From Nitrospirota bacterium (GTDB taxonomy: Bacteria; Nitrospirota; UBA9217): a stretch of DNA of 64,000 nt. Under the pieces are notes generated by a model, which worked only from the letters and a program-made list of their open reading frames with translations, had not been told where the DNA came from and ran no database searches. This document shows, one piece after another, positions 38,358 to 48,022 of the stretch (positions within the stretch are counted from its first letter, which is position 1; every line of letters begins with the position of its first letter). The position numbers and the translations under genes are program-made. The DNA lies in assembly GCA_963751455.1 (NCBI GenBank), contig CAVVUN010000008.1, positions 224,001-288,000 on the forward strand. The letters are read 5' to 3'.

Positions 38358-39749
38358 ATGGACAAATTTAAAGCAATCGTAGTGGATGACGAACCTGGCG
38401 TGTGCGAGGCGGTCAAGGCGATCCTGGAGATCGAAGGGATCGATGTAGTCACTTTTCTTGACAGTGTCGCTGCAGCTGACCAAATCAGGAACAATGCATA
38501 CGATCTGATCATCTCGGACCTCAAGATGCCGAAAATGGATGGGCTTCAACTGTATGATGCGATCAAGGACGCTTCTCCAAGCAGCACCTTCATCATCATA
38601 ACCGCTTTTGGAACGATTCCTTCCGCGGTAGACGCGATCAAGAAAGGCATCTACGATTACATTCCAAAACCCTTCACTCCGGATGAAGTGAGAATACCGA
38701 TCAGGCGGGCACTTCAGAAACGACGGTTGGAGCGGGAAAATCTGACGCTCAAGAGCCAGATCGAAAGCAGGTATTCCTTTCAGAATATCATAGGCAACAG
38801 CGCCGAGATCCGTGAGACGTTCCGGGTTATGCGGCATGCCGCGTCAAGCGAGAGCAATGTGCTTATAACCGGCGAAAGCGGGACCGGCAAGGAGCTGGTC
38901 GCCCGTGCCATCCATTCCAACAGTGTGCGGGTCAGGCGAAAATTCATCATTGTGAACTGCGGCGCCCTGCCGGAGGGTCTCATCGAATCCGAGCTGTTCG
39001 GCCATGTGAAAGGATCATTCACGAACGCGATTGCCGATAAAAAGGGTCTTGTCGAGGAAGCAGACAAGGGCACTCTGTTTTTGGACGAGATCGGGGAGCT
39101 TTCCGCGCCGCTTCAGGTAAAACTGCTGCGTGTTCTGCAGCAAGGCGAGTTCACCCGCATCGGCGAGACCCAGACCCGGAGCGTAAATGTCCGGGTCATC
39201 GCGGCAACGAATAAGAACCTCAAGAAGGGCATCGCGGACAAGTCCTTCCGGGAAGACCTTTATTACCGCCTCAACGTGATTCCGATAGAGCTACCCACAT
39301 TGAGAAGGAGGCAGGAGGATGTTCCGCTCCTGGTGAACCATTTCATAGAGAAGCACAAATCACGCGCTCCGGAAAAGAAAATTACGGGAATTGCCAAGGA
39401 GGGGATGCAGGCGCTCCTCAACTACCACTTTCCGGGCAATGTACGGGAACTTGAGAACTGCATCGAGTACGCCGTCGCTTTTACCGCGGGCCCCATTGTG
39501 CTCAGAGAGGACCTGCCCAGGTACATCCTCGAGGAGAGGAAACTCGGACAGGAAGCGCAGGCAATACCGATCATGCCTTTGAAGGACGCGAAAGGTCAGT
39601 TCGAGAAAAGCCTTATCATCGCAGCGCTGGTTGAATCAGGCGGGAATATATCCGAGGCAGCCCGCCTGCTGAATGTTCATCGGCAGAACCTCCAGCAGAA
39701 GATTCATCTGCTCGGCATCGATCTCTCCTCGATTTCACCGTCGCGGTGA
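38358..39749 (+). CDS. sigma54-dependent response regulator
   Basis: [17 protein letters not shown] variant loop, [13 protein letters not shown]. Confidence 0.92.
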   Translation: MDKFKAIVVDDEPGVCEAVKAILEIEGIDVVTFLDSVAAADQIRNNAYDLIISDLKMPKMDGLQLYDAIKDASPSSTFIIITAFGTIPSAVDAIKKGIYDYIPKPFTPDEVRIPIRRALQKRRLERENLTLKSQIESRYSFQNIIGNSAEIRETFRVMRHAASSESNVLITGESGTGKELVARAIHSNSVRVRRKFIIVNCGALPEGLIESELFGHVKGSFTNAIADKKGLVEEADKGTLFLDEIGELSAPLQVKLLRVLQQGEFTRIGETQTRSVNVRVIAATNKNLKKGIADKSFREDLYYRLNVIPIELPTLRRRQEDVPLLVNHFIEKHKSRAPEKKITGIAKEGMQALLNYHFPGNVRELENCIEYAVAFTAGPIVLREDLPRYILEERKLGQEAQAIPIMPLKDAKGQFEKSLIIAALVESGGNISEAARLLNVHRQNLQQKIHLLGIDLSSISPSR

Positions 39750-39857
39750 AGTCTATATCCGCAGATTCCGCTGATTTCACAGATTAAACCCGCAAAAATG
39801 GGAACCAAACCGCTCAGCCACAGAGCGTATAAGGGACACCGAGAAGAAACAAAACTA

Positions 39858-39978
39858 TGTTGGGACGCAGATGAACGCAGGTTGGCGCAGATAAATAAAG
39901 TCCTTTGAAAAGCGATTAAATATTCCTGCTTTATCTGCGTTTATCCGATTTTTCTGCGTCCCAATGTCTTTTTAGAAT
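39858..39978. repeat. shorter member of the CGCAGAT MITE family
   Basis: TTGGGACGCAGATGAACGCAG ... TCTGCGTTTATCCGATTTTTCTGCGTCCCAA inverted ends shared with the 1860 and 53074 copies. Confidence 0.6.
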
Positions 39979-40008
39979 ATTGATAGTTGGGTATTTATTT
40001 GGGATTTG

Positions 40009-40848
40009 TTATTTAGGATCCGGAATTTTTCTATCCCAGTCTCTCGAAACCAGTTTAACAGCATTCGCACCGCAGGCTGTCCGGCACAAACCGCATCCAA
40101 AACATTTGGAGGAATCTACGCGGGCGGGAGAGCCCGGCGTCCGTGCAACACTATCGATTGCATGAAAATGGCACCGCTCGGCGCAAAGGCCGCACCCCGT
40201 GCATAAGGCAGTATCAATGCTTGCCGTGAATTCGGCCCGCTCCATGGTTTCAACACCCGCACCGGACAGGGTCCTCATCGCAAGACAGTCCGCCGGAGAA
40301 CAGTTGCAGATAGCTCCGATAAAGGGCGTCATCATGGTCCATATGGTATGGACCGATCCCCGTGCCTCCATCGCTTCCATCTGGGCTATCGCCTCACTCG
40401 GCGCGAGTGACTCAAGTCCGGCATCCGGCGCTGTCCCAAAGTAACTCATGTCGATCCGGTTATACCACGCTTCGGAGCCATAGCTGACAGCATAGCAGCA
40501 TCGTTCTTCTTTTTTACCGATATTCCACCTGCACGCACACGGCATGCGCACGACAGTCTGTGCCTTCCGGACCACGGCGCCGATCTCTTCCATGGGCAGC
40601 ACCTGGCCGAAGTGCTCCTTCCTGGCCTTGGCAATGATGGCTTTTGCTACGGCATCCGGAAGTTTTCCTTTTTTCCGGTAAATTGTTTCAAGCCTGCCTA
40701 GCGCCTGGAAGCCCTCCTGGAACGCGGACGTAAGAAAGTTTTCCACATAACGGCGACGCTCAAGATCGGCAAGAAGGTCCTGGGCATAATTTTTCGCATT
40801 CTTATACCAGGTTTTCCCTTCGCCGTGCTGTGTACATAAATCGCACAT
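40009..40848 (-). CDS. 4Fe-4S dicluster domain protein
   Basis: MCDLCTQHGEG, PCACR, ICNC, two CxxCxxCxxxC motifs. Confidence 0.85.
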   Translation of the reverse strand: MCDLCTQHGEGKTWYKNAKNYAQDLLADLERRRYVENFLTSAFQEGFQALGRLETIYRKKGKLPDAVAKAIIAKARKEHFGQVLPMEEIGAVVRKAQTVVRMPCACRWNIGKKEERCCYAVSYGSEAWYNRIDMSYFGTAPDAGLESLAPSEAIAQMEAMEARGSVHTIWTMMTPFIGAICNCSPADCLAMRTLSGAGVETMERAEFTASIDTALCTGCGLCAERCHFHAIDSVARTPGSPARVDSSKCFGCGLCRTACGANAVKLVSRDWDRKIPDPK

Positions 40849-40990
40849 AAAGTGGCTCCCGATCAAAAATTTCAGCCTTCCGCCGAGAAATATCCGCCGG
40901 AACTCCGGACGAAATCCCTTTACGTTGTACTATAAAACAGTGCGAAAAACAAGAGCCGCCTCATAGTCTGTCTGCATCTGTTTCATACTT

Positions 40991-41121
40991 GATGATTTCG
41001 TAAAAAAGCAAATTTTCACACGGAGCCACAAAGATCACAAAGAAAATCATCTTAGAATTAAAGCTTTTCCCCTTCGTGACTTCGTGGCTTTGTGTGAGAC
41101 ATGACTTTTTACGACTTTACT
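40991..41121. mobile_element. non-autonomous element with IS1182-like ends
   Basis: GATGATTTCGTAAAAA ... TTTTTACGACTTTACT ends, flanked by ATACTT duplication. Confidence 0.6.
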
Positions 41122-41128
41122 ATACTTT

Positions 41129-43001
41129 GATGAATTCGTAAGAAGTCAAACGGCGTAAAGTACCTTAAACTGCATAATCAGCGGCCGGAGACTGATCCAG
41201 CGCCCGATGGCGGCTGAAACATTCTGCACTCGTTCTTTGACAGCACAAAATAGCAATGAAAGGGCGGCTATGAGGGCCGATTCCTCTTCCTTTTCCCGTT
41301 TGCGGAATGCCGCCGCCCGGATAATGTTGATTCCGGCAGCCTTCAAGTACGCGGCGAAGCTCACGGCGGACAGTCCTCGTACGCGCAAGTTCTTGAAGCC
41401 GGTTATTCGGTCAAGCTGAGACATGGTTCCTTCGACCCCTGCACGGAAGCGGTACCTGTCCCGAAACTCGGGAGTGTCTTCCTGAGCCCGTCGCTGGGCC
41501 AGACGGATCGCTTTATCGTCGTATCGGAGATAGCGGCCCTTTTTGCCGGGCAGCGTCGGACATGTGTTCTTTCGGGAACAACCACGGCACGCTTTTTTTG
41601 AAAAGAGCGCGGAGTGATTGTCGTCTTTGCTCCGGGTTTTGAGAGGAGCGCGTCCCTCGGGGCATAAGGTGATTTCGTTTTCGCTGTTCATGGTGAATGC
41701 CGTGAATGGCACGCTGTCTTCGCCGAGGTTGCCCATGACCGGGGAAACGACTTCAACTCCCATGGTCTTTGCCTTCTCGCAGTTCTCGTCGCTGCCATAG
41801 GGGGTGTCGGCAATGACCGCTTCCGGTTTCAGACCCAACTTCTCCGTTGATTCGATAAGCGGAATAGTGGCATGGGTGTCGTGCTTGTGGGCAGGTTCTA
41901 CGATCACACTGGTGATCAAATTCAGGGTGTTGGTATCCTCGGACGTGCCGTAGCTTTCGGCGACCTGCACCTGGTAGCCCTTGCCCTTGTGGCCGTCATA
42001 CCCGGCGTCGGGGTCGGAAGGGTTTTGCAGAGAATCGGAAGGCACGTCCTTGTTGGCCTTGACCGAGACCAGGGTTGTATGCGTATCAACGCGTTCCACG
42101 ATGCATTGTTCCTTAAGCAGCCGGACAAGGAGCTGATAGGTGTTCATGGTGGTAATTGGCTCGTTTCCTCTGAACCGTTCCACCAGGCTGAACACGTCGT
42201 TGGCCAGCGTCCTTAGCGTGTTTATCGATTCCGAGGGTCTGACCATCGAGAAGACGGCATCTCCCTGTTTGGTCATGTACCGGTCGGTGATGGCCGTCTC
42301 TAATGATTCATAGAGGTCTTTATGGTGACGCTTGAGGTTCACCAGGAACTTCTTAATAGTCTTTACGAACAGGCCGAGCCGGCCCAAGTGGCGCATATTG
42401 GAGTAGATGTGGACCGAGTCGAAGCGCTGCTTGGCGACATCGACTTTGAATACATCGGCAAGCATCGTGACGACTTCTTCAAAGATAACTTGGTAGAGGT
42501 TCCGTTCGATCAGTAGGTCGCGCATGTTCCAGAGGGTCTTGGGGCTGACATAAGCGGCGGTGTCCGCCGCGCTTGTGATGTTCAGGGCATAATGCCACTG
42601 GAGATTATAGGCAAACTGGTCTACGGCTTCTTCGTCGGTCAGGTCGTTCATCTGCTGGAGGACCATGAGGCCGATCATGGAATAGAGTTCCTTGGTCGGC
42701 GCTCCGAAAACCGGATCGTATTTTGAGAAAATTTTCTCGACTGGCAGCGTGGTAAGAATATGCTCCCGAAATACCTTTGCCCAGGACCCCTCGATGCGCT
42801 GTTTACGTTTAGGTCCCAGGAAGGGAAAGGGATCGAACATGTCGGGGGTTTTGTGATCCTTGATGTGGATCATTCTGGCTCCTTGATTGCGATAGGTGAT
42901 GCTGTTGTGTATCACAAAACCCCTTGTACTGCAAAGGAAATATGATGTTTTGCGCGATTTATTTTGGCTGAATCACGACAGTTCGTTCTTACGAGATCAT
43001 C
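41129..43001 (-). mobile_element. IS1182-like insertion sequence, 1873 bp
   Basis: TIR GATGAATTCGTAAGAA / TTCTTACGAGATCATC; 7-bp TSD ATACTTT (41122-41128, 43002-43008). Confidence 0.88.
41146..42873 (-). CDS. DDE transposase (IS1182/IS5-like)
   Basis: RFDSVHI, NPSDPDA, ADTPYGS, CPEG..CxxC, RAGVEGTMS; ORF track extends to 42915. Confidence 0.88.
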   Translation of the reverse strand: MIHIKDHKTPDMFDPFPFLGPKRKQRIEGSWAKVFREHILTTLPVEKIFSKYDPVFGAPTKELYSMIGLMVLQQMNDLTDEEAVDQFAYNLQWHYALNITSAADTAAYVSPKTLWNMRDLLIERNLYQVIFEEVVTMLADVFKVDVAKQRFDSVHIYSNMRHLGRLGLFVKTIKKFLVNLKRHHKDLYESLETAITDRYMTKQGDAVFSMVRPSESINTLRTLANDVFSLVERFRGNEPITTMNTYQLLVRLLKEQCIVERVDTHTTLVSVKANKDVPSDSLQNPSDPDAGYDGHKGKGYQVQVAESYGTSEDTNTLNLITSVIVEPAHKHDTHATIPLIESTEKLGLKPEAVIADTPYGSDENCEKAKTMGVEVVSPVMGNLGEDSVPFTAFTMNSENEITLCPEGRAPLKTRSKDDNHSALFSKKACRGCSRKNTCPTLPGKKGRYLRYDDKAIRLAQRRAQEDTPEFRDRYRFRAGVEGTMSQLDRITGFKNLRVRGLSAVSFAAYLKAAGINIIRAAAFRKREKEEESALIAALSLLFCAVKERVQNVSAAIGRWISLRPLIMQFKVLYAV

Positions 43002-43064
43002 ATACTTTGGTTGCGTAAAAAGTTCTCGATAAGTGTTGAGTGGATAAGGAGCGAAGATGAAAGG

Positions 43065-43394
43065 TCAGAACTCGGGGAAAAGTCTCAGGGTAACGGTCTT
43101 GCCGTTCGGCAAACGGGTAGAGGCGCTGAGGATGCCGCCTTCAATATATTCCAGGTTGAAATTCCGGTATCCTGCCGATACGAGGTCCTTGGCGTTTGCC
43201 GGGCATCCAGCTTCGCACCCGGCAATGCCTTTGACCATGCGTGGTAAAAGTCCGCGAACGTCCGTGCCGTTGAGCGTTCCCCTTGATTGAACGAACCCTT
43301 CTATCCTTGAGACCATGGAATCCAGATCAAGATGAAAAGGATCGGCAATAGTGATTGAAATTGATTCTTTATCAACCCGAACATCAAGTTCCAT
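43065..43394 (-). CDS. hypothetical protein with CxxxCP motif
   Basis: AGGAGG RBS before MELDVR; GIAGCEAGCPANAK. Confidence 0.7.
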   Translation of the reverse strand: MELDVRVDKESISITIADPFHLDLDSMVSRIEGFVQSRGTLNGTDVRGLLPRMVKGIAGCEAGCPANAKDLVSAGYRNFNLEYIEGGILSASTRLPNGKTVTLRLFPEF

Positions 43395-43654
43395 TCTGCT
43401 GGACCCTCCTAAAAAATGCCCGGTTCGCCAATGCGAATTCAGCCGGGTATCATCAAAAAACGGCATCTCAGGTCTAGTATAGAGAATTGGCGCGTGAGTA
43501 GCTACAAACAATACTATAAAAACCAATAAAAGGCAAGGAGATTGGATCGTGGGCGATCGTGGGTGTCAAGGATGGATATTCCGGGGATAAGCAGGACTGA
43601 TTGTGAGCGGCAAGCGCAGCTGTTTTGAGGATGGGCAGGTTTTATAAATCCAAT

Positions 43655-44140
43655 TTATAAACGAATGTCATCGATCTGTTTTTTGAGCAGCTTAATGAGA
43701 ACTACGCCGGTGCCGGTATTGAACAACAGCTTTCGGCCGTTTTTGCCCCCGGTATCCTCGCTGATAATGGGGATTTTGGCGTCAGAAAGGAGGTCCCTGG
43801 CCAGTTCGATGTTTCGCTGACCGATACTGATGAAACCGTTGCTGGTAATGACATCACCCCCGCCGAAGACCTTCGCCCTGATGTTTTCCTGGTCTGCTCC
43901 GAGGCCGGTCACCTTCTGTATCAGTTTAGCAATTGCGATGTTGCCGTACCGGGGCGAGGCAAGACCTTCTCCGTTCCACAATGGAAGCATGAAGTGATTG
44001 ATGCCGCCGATCTTTTGCACCGGGTCCCAGAGGCACACGGAAATGCATGAGCCGAGCACCGTAGTAACCAGGTGTTCACATTCGTGCGCAAAGAGCCCTC
44101 CGGGCAGGAGGTAGTGGCTTTTAGTCTCATTACCATTCAT
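43655..44140 (-). CDS. cheD: chemoreceptor glutamine deamidase CheD
   Basis: TTVLGSCISVCLWD, GGINHFMLP, AKVFGG, DTGG..GR. Confidence 0.93.
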   Translation of the reverse strand: MNGNETKSHYLLPGGLFAHECEHLVTTVLGSCISVCLWDPVQKIGGINHFMLPLWNGEGLASPRYGNIAIAKLIQKVTGLGADQENIRAKVFGGGDVITSNGFISIGQRNIELARDLLSDAKIPIISEDTGGKNGRKLLFNTGTGVVLIKLLKKQIDDIRL

Positions 44141-44161
44141 CGCGTTATTTTCCTGGAGGGC

Positions 44162-45046
44162 TCAAAAGGTGCTCCCGCAGTCGAAAAGAAACTCGTTTCC
44201 ATCCTCAGCCAAAACGTCGGTTTCTTCCGCCGCATCGGGCACAGCTATTCTAAAGATGCATCCTCCCCCCGGAGCGTCGGCGAACGTCAGGGTGCCTCCA
44301 AACATCGCTATCAGGGCCTGGGTTATGCTCAGGCCGAGACCATGACCGCGATGTTTTTTCCTCGGCCCCGAGTCGATCTGACGAAAACGCTCGAACAGGC
44401 GTTCCCGGTCTTTCTCCGGAATGCCGATTCCTTCATCCACAATAGACACCTGCAGGACCGCCCCTTCTTTGCAGAGTTCGATGGTCACGGTTTTGTCGGG
44501 CCGGTTGAACTCGATCGCATTGGCCAGGAGGTTCGCCAGTACGCGGTGAAGTTTTTCCGCGTCGCCGCGGAACGGCACCTTTGCATCGGCCTCTTCCCCC
44601 GCAAACTGTATTGTCACTCCTTTTTCCCGGGCCCGGTGTGCAAATGAGCCGATCACACTCCGTATGAGCGCGGCAGCATCCAGTTGCGCGATATTCAACC
44701 GGGTCTCGCCTGCCTCGAGTTCAGCTGCAATGAAGATGTTCTTGAGCTGGAAGTCGAGTTCGAAGGCTTCCTGGTAGATCATCCGTGCCATACGTTCTCT
44801 CGTTTGCTCGTCCGTTGCCGTTTTCGTCAGTTCCTGGGCAATCCCGAGGATCGATGCGAGCGGGTTGTTGATTTCGTTCCTGATGTTCGAGAGGAAATTG
44901 GTCTTGAGCCGCTCCGACTCAGTCAGCCTCTGGTTCAGCTTCTCTATCTTTTCTTTCATGATCGTTATGTCGTGAAGCGCCTTCCTGGTGTCGAGAAACC
45001 GTCTCTTCAGTTCCTGGAGCAATATGTCGTCGCTCATCATGTCCAT
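44162..45046 (-). CDS. cytoplasmic histidine kinase-like ATPase with atypical H-box
   Basis: Coiled coil then FLSNIRNEINNPL (Asn at the His position), NLLANA, DEGIG, GHGLGL. Confidence 0.85.
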   Translation of the reverse strand: MDMMSDDILLQELKRRFLDTRKALHDITIMKEKIEKLNQRLTESERLKTNFLSNIRNEINNPLASILGIAQELTKTATDEQTRERMARMIYQEAFELDFQLKNIFIAAELEAGETRLNIAQLDAAALIRSVIGSFAHRAREKGVTIQFAGEEADAKVPFRGDAEKLHRVLANLLANAIEFNRPDKTVTIELCKEGAVLQVSIVDEGIGIPEKDRERLFERFRQIDSGPRKKHRGHGLGLSITQALIAMFGGTLTFADAPGGGCIFRIAVPDAAEETDVLAEDGNEFLFDCGSTF

Positions 45047-45152
45047 GTCTTTCCTCCTGCAGCTCTTTGCGTACCGGAAAAAATATTATGATTTCTTATC
45101 GGACTTTTTCGGATTTTCTTTAATGAGGACAAGGTTTCGGAATTCTCGGCCG

Positions 45153-46454
45153 TTATCGGTAAGGGTAGAAAATATAGAAAAGCAGCGAGAGCGCCGCAAA
45201 GACCCACATGCCGGCATTGACTTCGCGGACCCTGCCCGCAAGGACCTTTAGCACCGGATACATCAGCAGCCCCGCCGTCATGCCCACACCGATGTTAAAT
45301 GTGAAGATCATAAGCACAATGGTCAGAAAAGCCGGTATGAGCTCGGTGTAATCGCTGAAGTTGATCCTGGTAATCGGATTAATCATAAAAATACCTATTA
45401 TGATCAGGGCTGCGCCGTACGCATGCGGCGGCACAACGGTCAGGAGCGGGGCGAAGAAGAGCGCAAGCAGAAATAGTGCCGCCACAACAACAGAGGTAAA
45501 GCCGGTACGCCCGCCTTCCTCGATTCCGGCTGCGGATTCGATATATACTCCCGTAGTGGTAGTGCCGAGCGCGGGGGCGGCCAGATTCGCGACAGCATCG
45601 GCAAGCATAGGCTTTTCAATCTCGGGCAGGTTGCCGTTCTTATCGAGAAAGCCCCCCCGGGCCGAAAGGCCGATAAGCGTTCCGACCGTATCTACAAAGG
45701 CCATGATGAAAATGATGAACGCGATTGGCAGATTCTTCGGACTGAAGGCGCCGGGGATATCGAGCTGCAGGAAAATCGGGCCAATCGACGGCGGCATGCT
45801 TACGAATGAATCGGGTATGGGTGTAATCCTGAACAGAAAGGAAAGGAGCGTTATGGCCAGCACGCCGATAATGACAGCCCCCCGCACGCGCCTGATCATC
45901 AGCCACGCTATCAAAAGAAAGCCGAACAAGGCAAGCAGCGTCGTAGGCTGCGTAATCCGGCCCAGGGTCACCGGAGCGCCGGGCACGCCGATGGCAACGA
46001 ATCCAATTTCATTCAAGCCGATGAACGTCAAAAACAGGCCAATCCCCACGCCAAAGCTGTACTTAAGCGACTGGGGGAGGGTGCTCGCAAGCCAGCCGCG
46101 CACCTTCGTGACCGTAAGAAGCGTAAACAGGACGCCTGCAACGAAGATAGCGCCGAGTGCCGTTTGCCATGGATAGCCGAGCGCCTTCACCACGGTAAAG
46201 GCGATAAAGGCATTTTCTCCCATGTAGGGCGCCAGAGCAAAGGGACGTTTGGCATACACACCCATGAGCAGCGAGCCGAACGCGGCCGCGAGGATCGTGG
46301 CGGTCATTGACGGACCCTTCGGAATACCCGCGGCACTCAGGATCGCCGGGTTCACGACGACGATATAGGCCATGGTCAGAAACGTCGTAATCCCCGCAAC
46401 CGTTTCCTTTTTATAGTCCGTGTTATGCTTTGCAAACTCGAAATAGGTTTTCAT
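45153..46454 (-). CDS. NCS2/AzgA family purine permease
   Basis: AGITTFLTMAYIVVVNPAIL, APYMGENAF, YIESAAGIEEGGRTG. Confidence 0.92.
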   Translation of the reverse strand: MKTYFEFAKHNTDYKKETVAGITTFLTMAYIVVVNPAILSAAGIPKGPSMTATILAAAFGSLLMGVYAKRPFALAPYMGENAFIAFTVVKALGYPWQTALGAIFVAGVLFTLLTVTKVRGWLASTLPQSLKYSFGVGIGLFLTFIGLNEIGFVAIGVPGAPVTLGRITQPTTLLALFGFLLIAWLMIRRVRGAVIIGVLAITLLSFLFRITPIPDSFVSMPPSIGPIFLQLDIPGAFSPKNLPIAFIIFIMAFVDTVGTLIGLSARGGFLDKNGNLPEIEKPMLADAVANLAAPALGTTTTGVYIESAAGIEEGGRTGFTSVVVAALFLLALFFAPLLTVVPPHAYGAALIIIGIFMINPITRINFSDYTELIPAFLTIVLMIFTFNIGVGMTAGLLMYPVLKVLAGRVREVNAGMWVFAALSLLFYIFYPYR

Positions 46455-46543
46455 GCTACCCTTGGTTCCCCTCTCCGGCTTCTCAGCGAGAGGGCATATA
46501 ATGGGGTAATATATTTTTTCTCAAACGAAAAAATCCGCAACCA

Positions 46544-48022
46544 TCACGTTGCCTTCAGCAGTTCGGGATTGGTATGCGGAATAAATACCGCTCCCAGGTA
46601 TTCCTTCATGAACTCGGGGTCGTCGTGCATATGTTTATAGGTGATCCTTGCCGTAACGGAGTTTATGACGGAAAGCAATTCTGCGTTCTTAAGCAGCATC
46701 CGCGCTCCCTCGAGCGACGTGTTGCCGAGCGGCCTGATGATCGACGACGGCCATTCGGGAAGCATACCGATCGCGGCGGCCTTTCGAGCGTCAATCCCGC
46801 TTCCCAGTGCGCCCGATACGCAAACGCTCGTGATGTCCCTGAACGTGATTCCGAGGGACCGGGTCAGCACCAGGAGAAGCGTGAACATGGCCGCCTTTGA
46901 TTTCATGAAGTTGTGGATCTCACTCTGGCGTACGGTAAGCGGTTCGTCGCGGCCGCAGTGGAGTGCATACGCCAGCTCGTCTTCAAGGACGATTACGTTT
47001 TTACCGCCCGTCCTCAGCATGCCGTTCCGGTCGATGCTCCCATCTTCATAGAGCGCATAGAGAAGACTTACCATGCCCGAACCGCAGATTCCCTGCGCCG
47101 GAGCGTTGTCGAAGGTTTTGCAGGAAGGTGCGCCATTGCTGATTTCCAGGTCATAGATAATGCCGTTGGTTGCCCGCTTTCCGATCCGGCAGATACCTTC
47201 CTCGAGCGCAGGGCCGGCTGCGCCGGCCCCAACCAGCATCCACTCCTTATTTCCGATTACGATCTCCGCATTGGTGCCGACATCAATCAGCACCGAAAGC
47301 GAATCACGGTTATGAATATCTGCCGCAAGTATGCCGGCGACAATGTCCCCCCCGACATAACTGCCTGCATTCGGAAATACATAGACGAGCGCCTCGGGAT
47401 TCAAGTCCAGCGAAAGGTCGCGTGCCGCGAAGAAACCAGGCGTTCTTACTACGGGAACGAACGGGGCCATCGGAATGCTGCTGATGTCCAGGCCGAGAAA
47501 AAAATGACTCATTATGGTGTTGCCTGCTGCTGTCATAGCGTGAATATCATGGGGCTTAATTCCGGCCCTCTCGCAGAGCATTCTGACAACCAGGTTTACG
47601 CCGTCCGTGAGGGCCGCGTAGATATCCCTTTCCCGGTCTGACATTGCATAATGCGCGCGGGTCAATATGTCCGAACCGAACGCTATCTGCGGGTTTTCGA
47701 TGCTCGCCTCGAGAACGGTCGTCTGTCCGACATTGTCGTAGAGTATCGCAGCAATATTAGTAGTACCAAGGTCGAGGGCCACCGCATAAGAGCGTTCCTT
47801 TCCGATGTCGATCAGGGTATATCCGTTTTCAGTTCGTCCGATAATGCAGCTTAGTAAACGCTGGTCGGCTTCTACGTGCGCCGGGATTCGCTTCATTACG
47901 GACAGAGGTATTACAAGCGGACCCAGTGCCGCTGTGTCCCTGATGCGCTGGTCGTACGCGCGCCTGTCATTATCGTCCGGTTCGGGCAAGTGCAGCTTTT
48001 TTTTAAAAATCAGAGAAGACAT
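46544..48022 (-). CDS. ASKHA-domain protein (RACo/DUF4445 family), no N-terminal 2Fe-2S domain
   Basis: ALDLGTTNI, NPQIAFGSDILTR, YVGGDIVAG, IDVGTNAEI, AAGPALE, GICGSG. Confidence 0.88.
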   Translation of the reverse strand: MSSLIFKKKLHLPEPDDNDRRAYDQRIRDTAALGPLVIPLSVMKRIPAHVEADQRLLSCIIGRTENGYTLIDIGKERSYAVALDLGTTNIAAILYDNVGQTTVLEASIENPQIAFGSDILTRAHYAMSDRERDIYAALTDGVNLVVRMLCERAGIKPHDIHAMTAAGNTIMSHFFLGLDISSIPMAPFVPVVRTPGFFAARDLSLDLNPEALVYVFPNAGSYVGGDIVAGILAADIHNRDSLSVLIDVGTNAEIVIGNKEWMLVGAGAAGPALEEGICRIGKRATNGIIYDLEISNGAPSCKTFDNAPAQGICGSGMVSLLYALYEDGSIDRNGMLRTGGKNVIVLEDELAYALHCGRDEPLTVRQSEIHNFMKSKAAMFTLLLVLTRSLGITFRDITSVCVSGALGSGIDARKAAAIGMLPEWPSSIIRPLGNTSLEGARMLLKNAELLSVINSVTARITYKHMHDDPEFMKEYLGAVFIPHTNPELLKAT

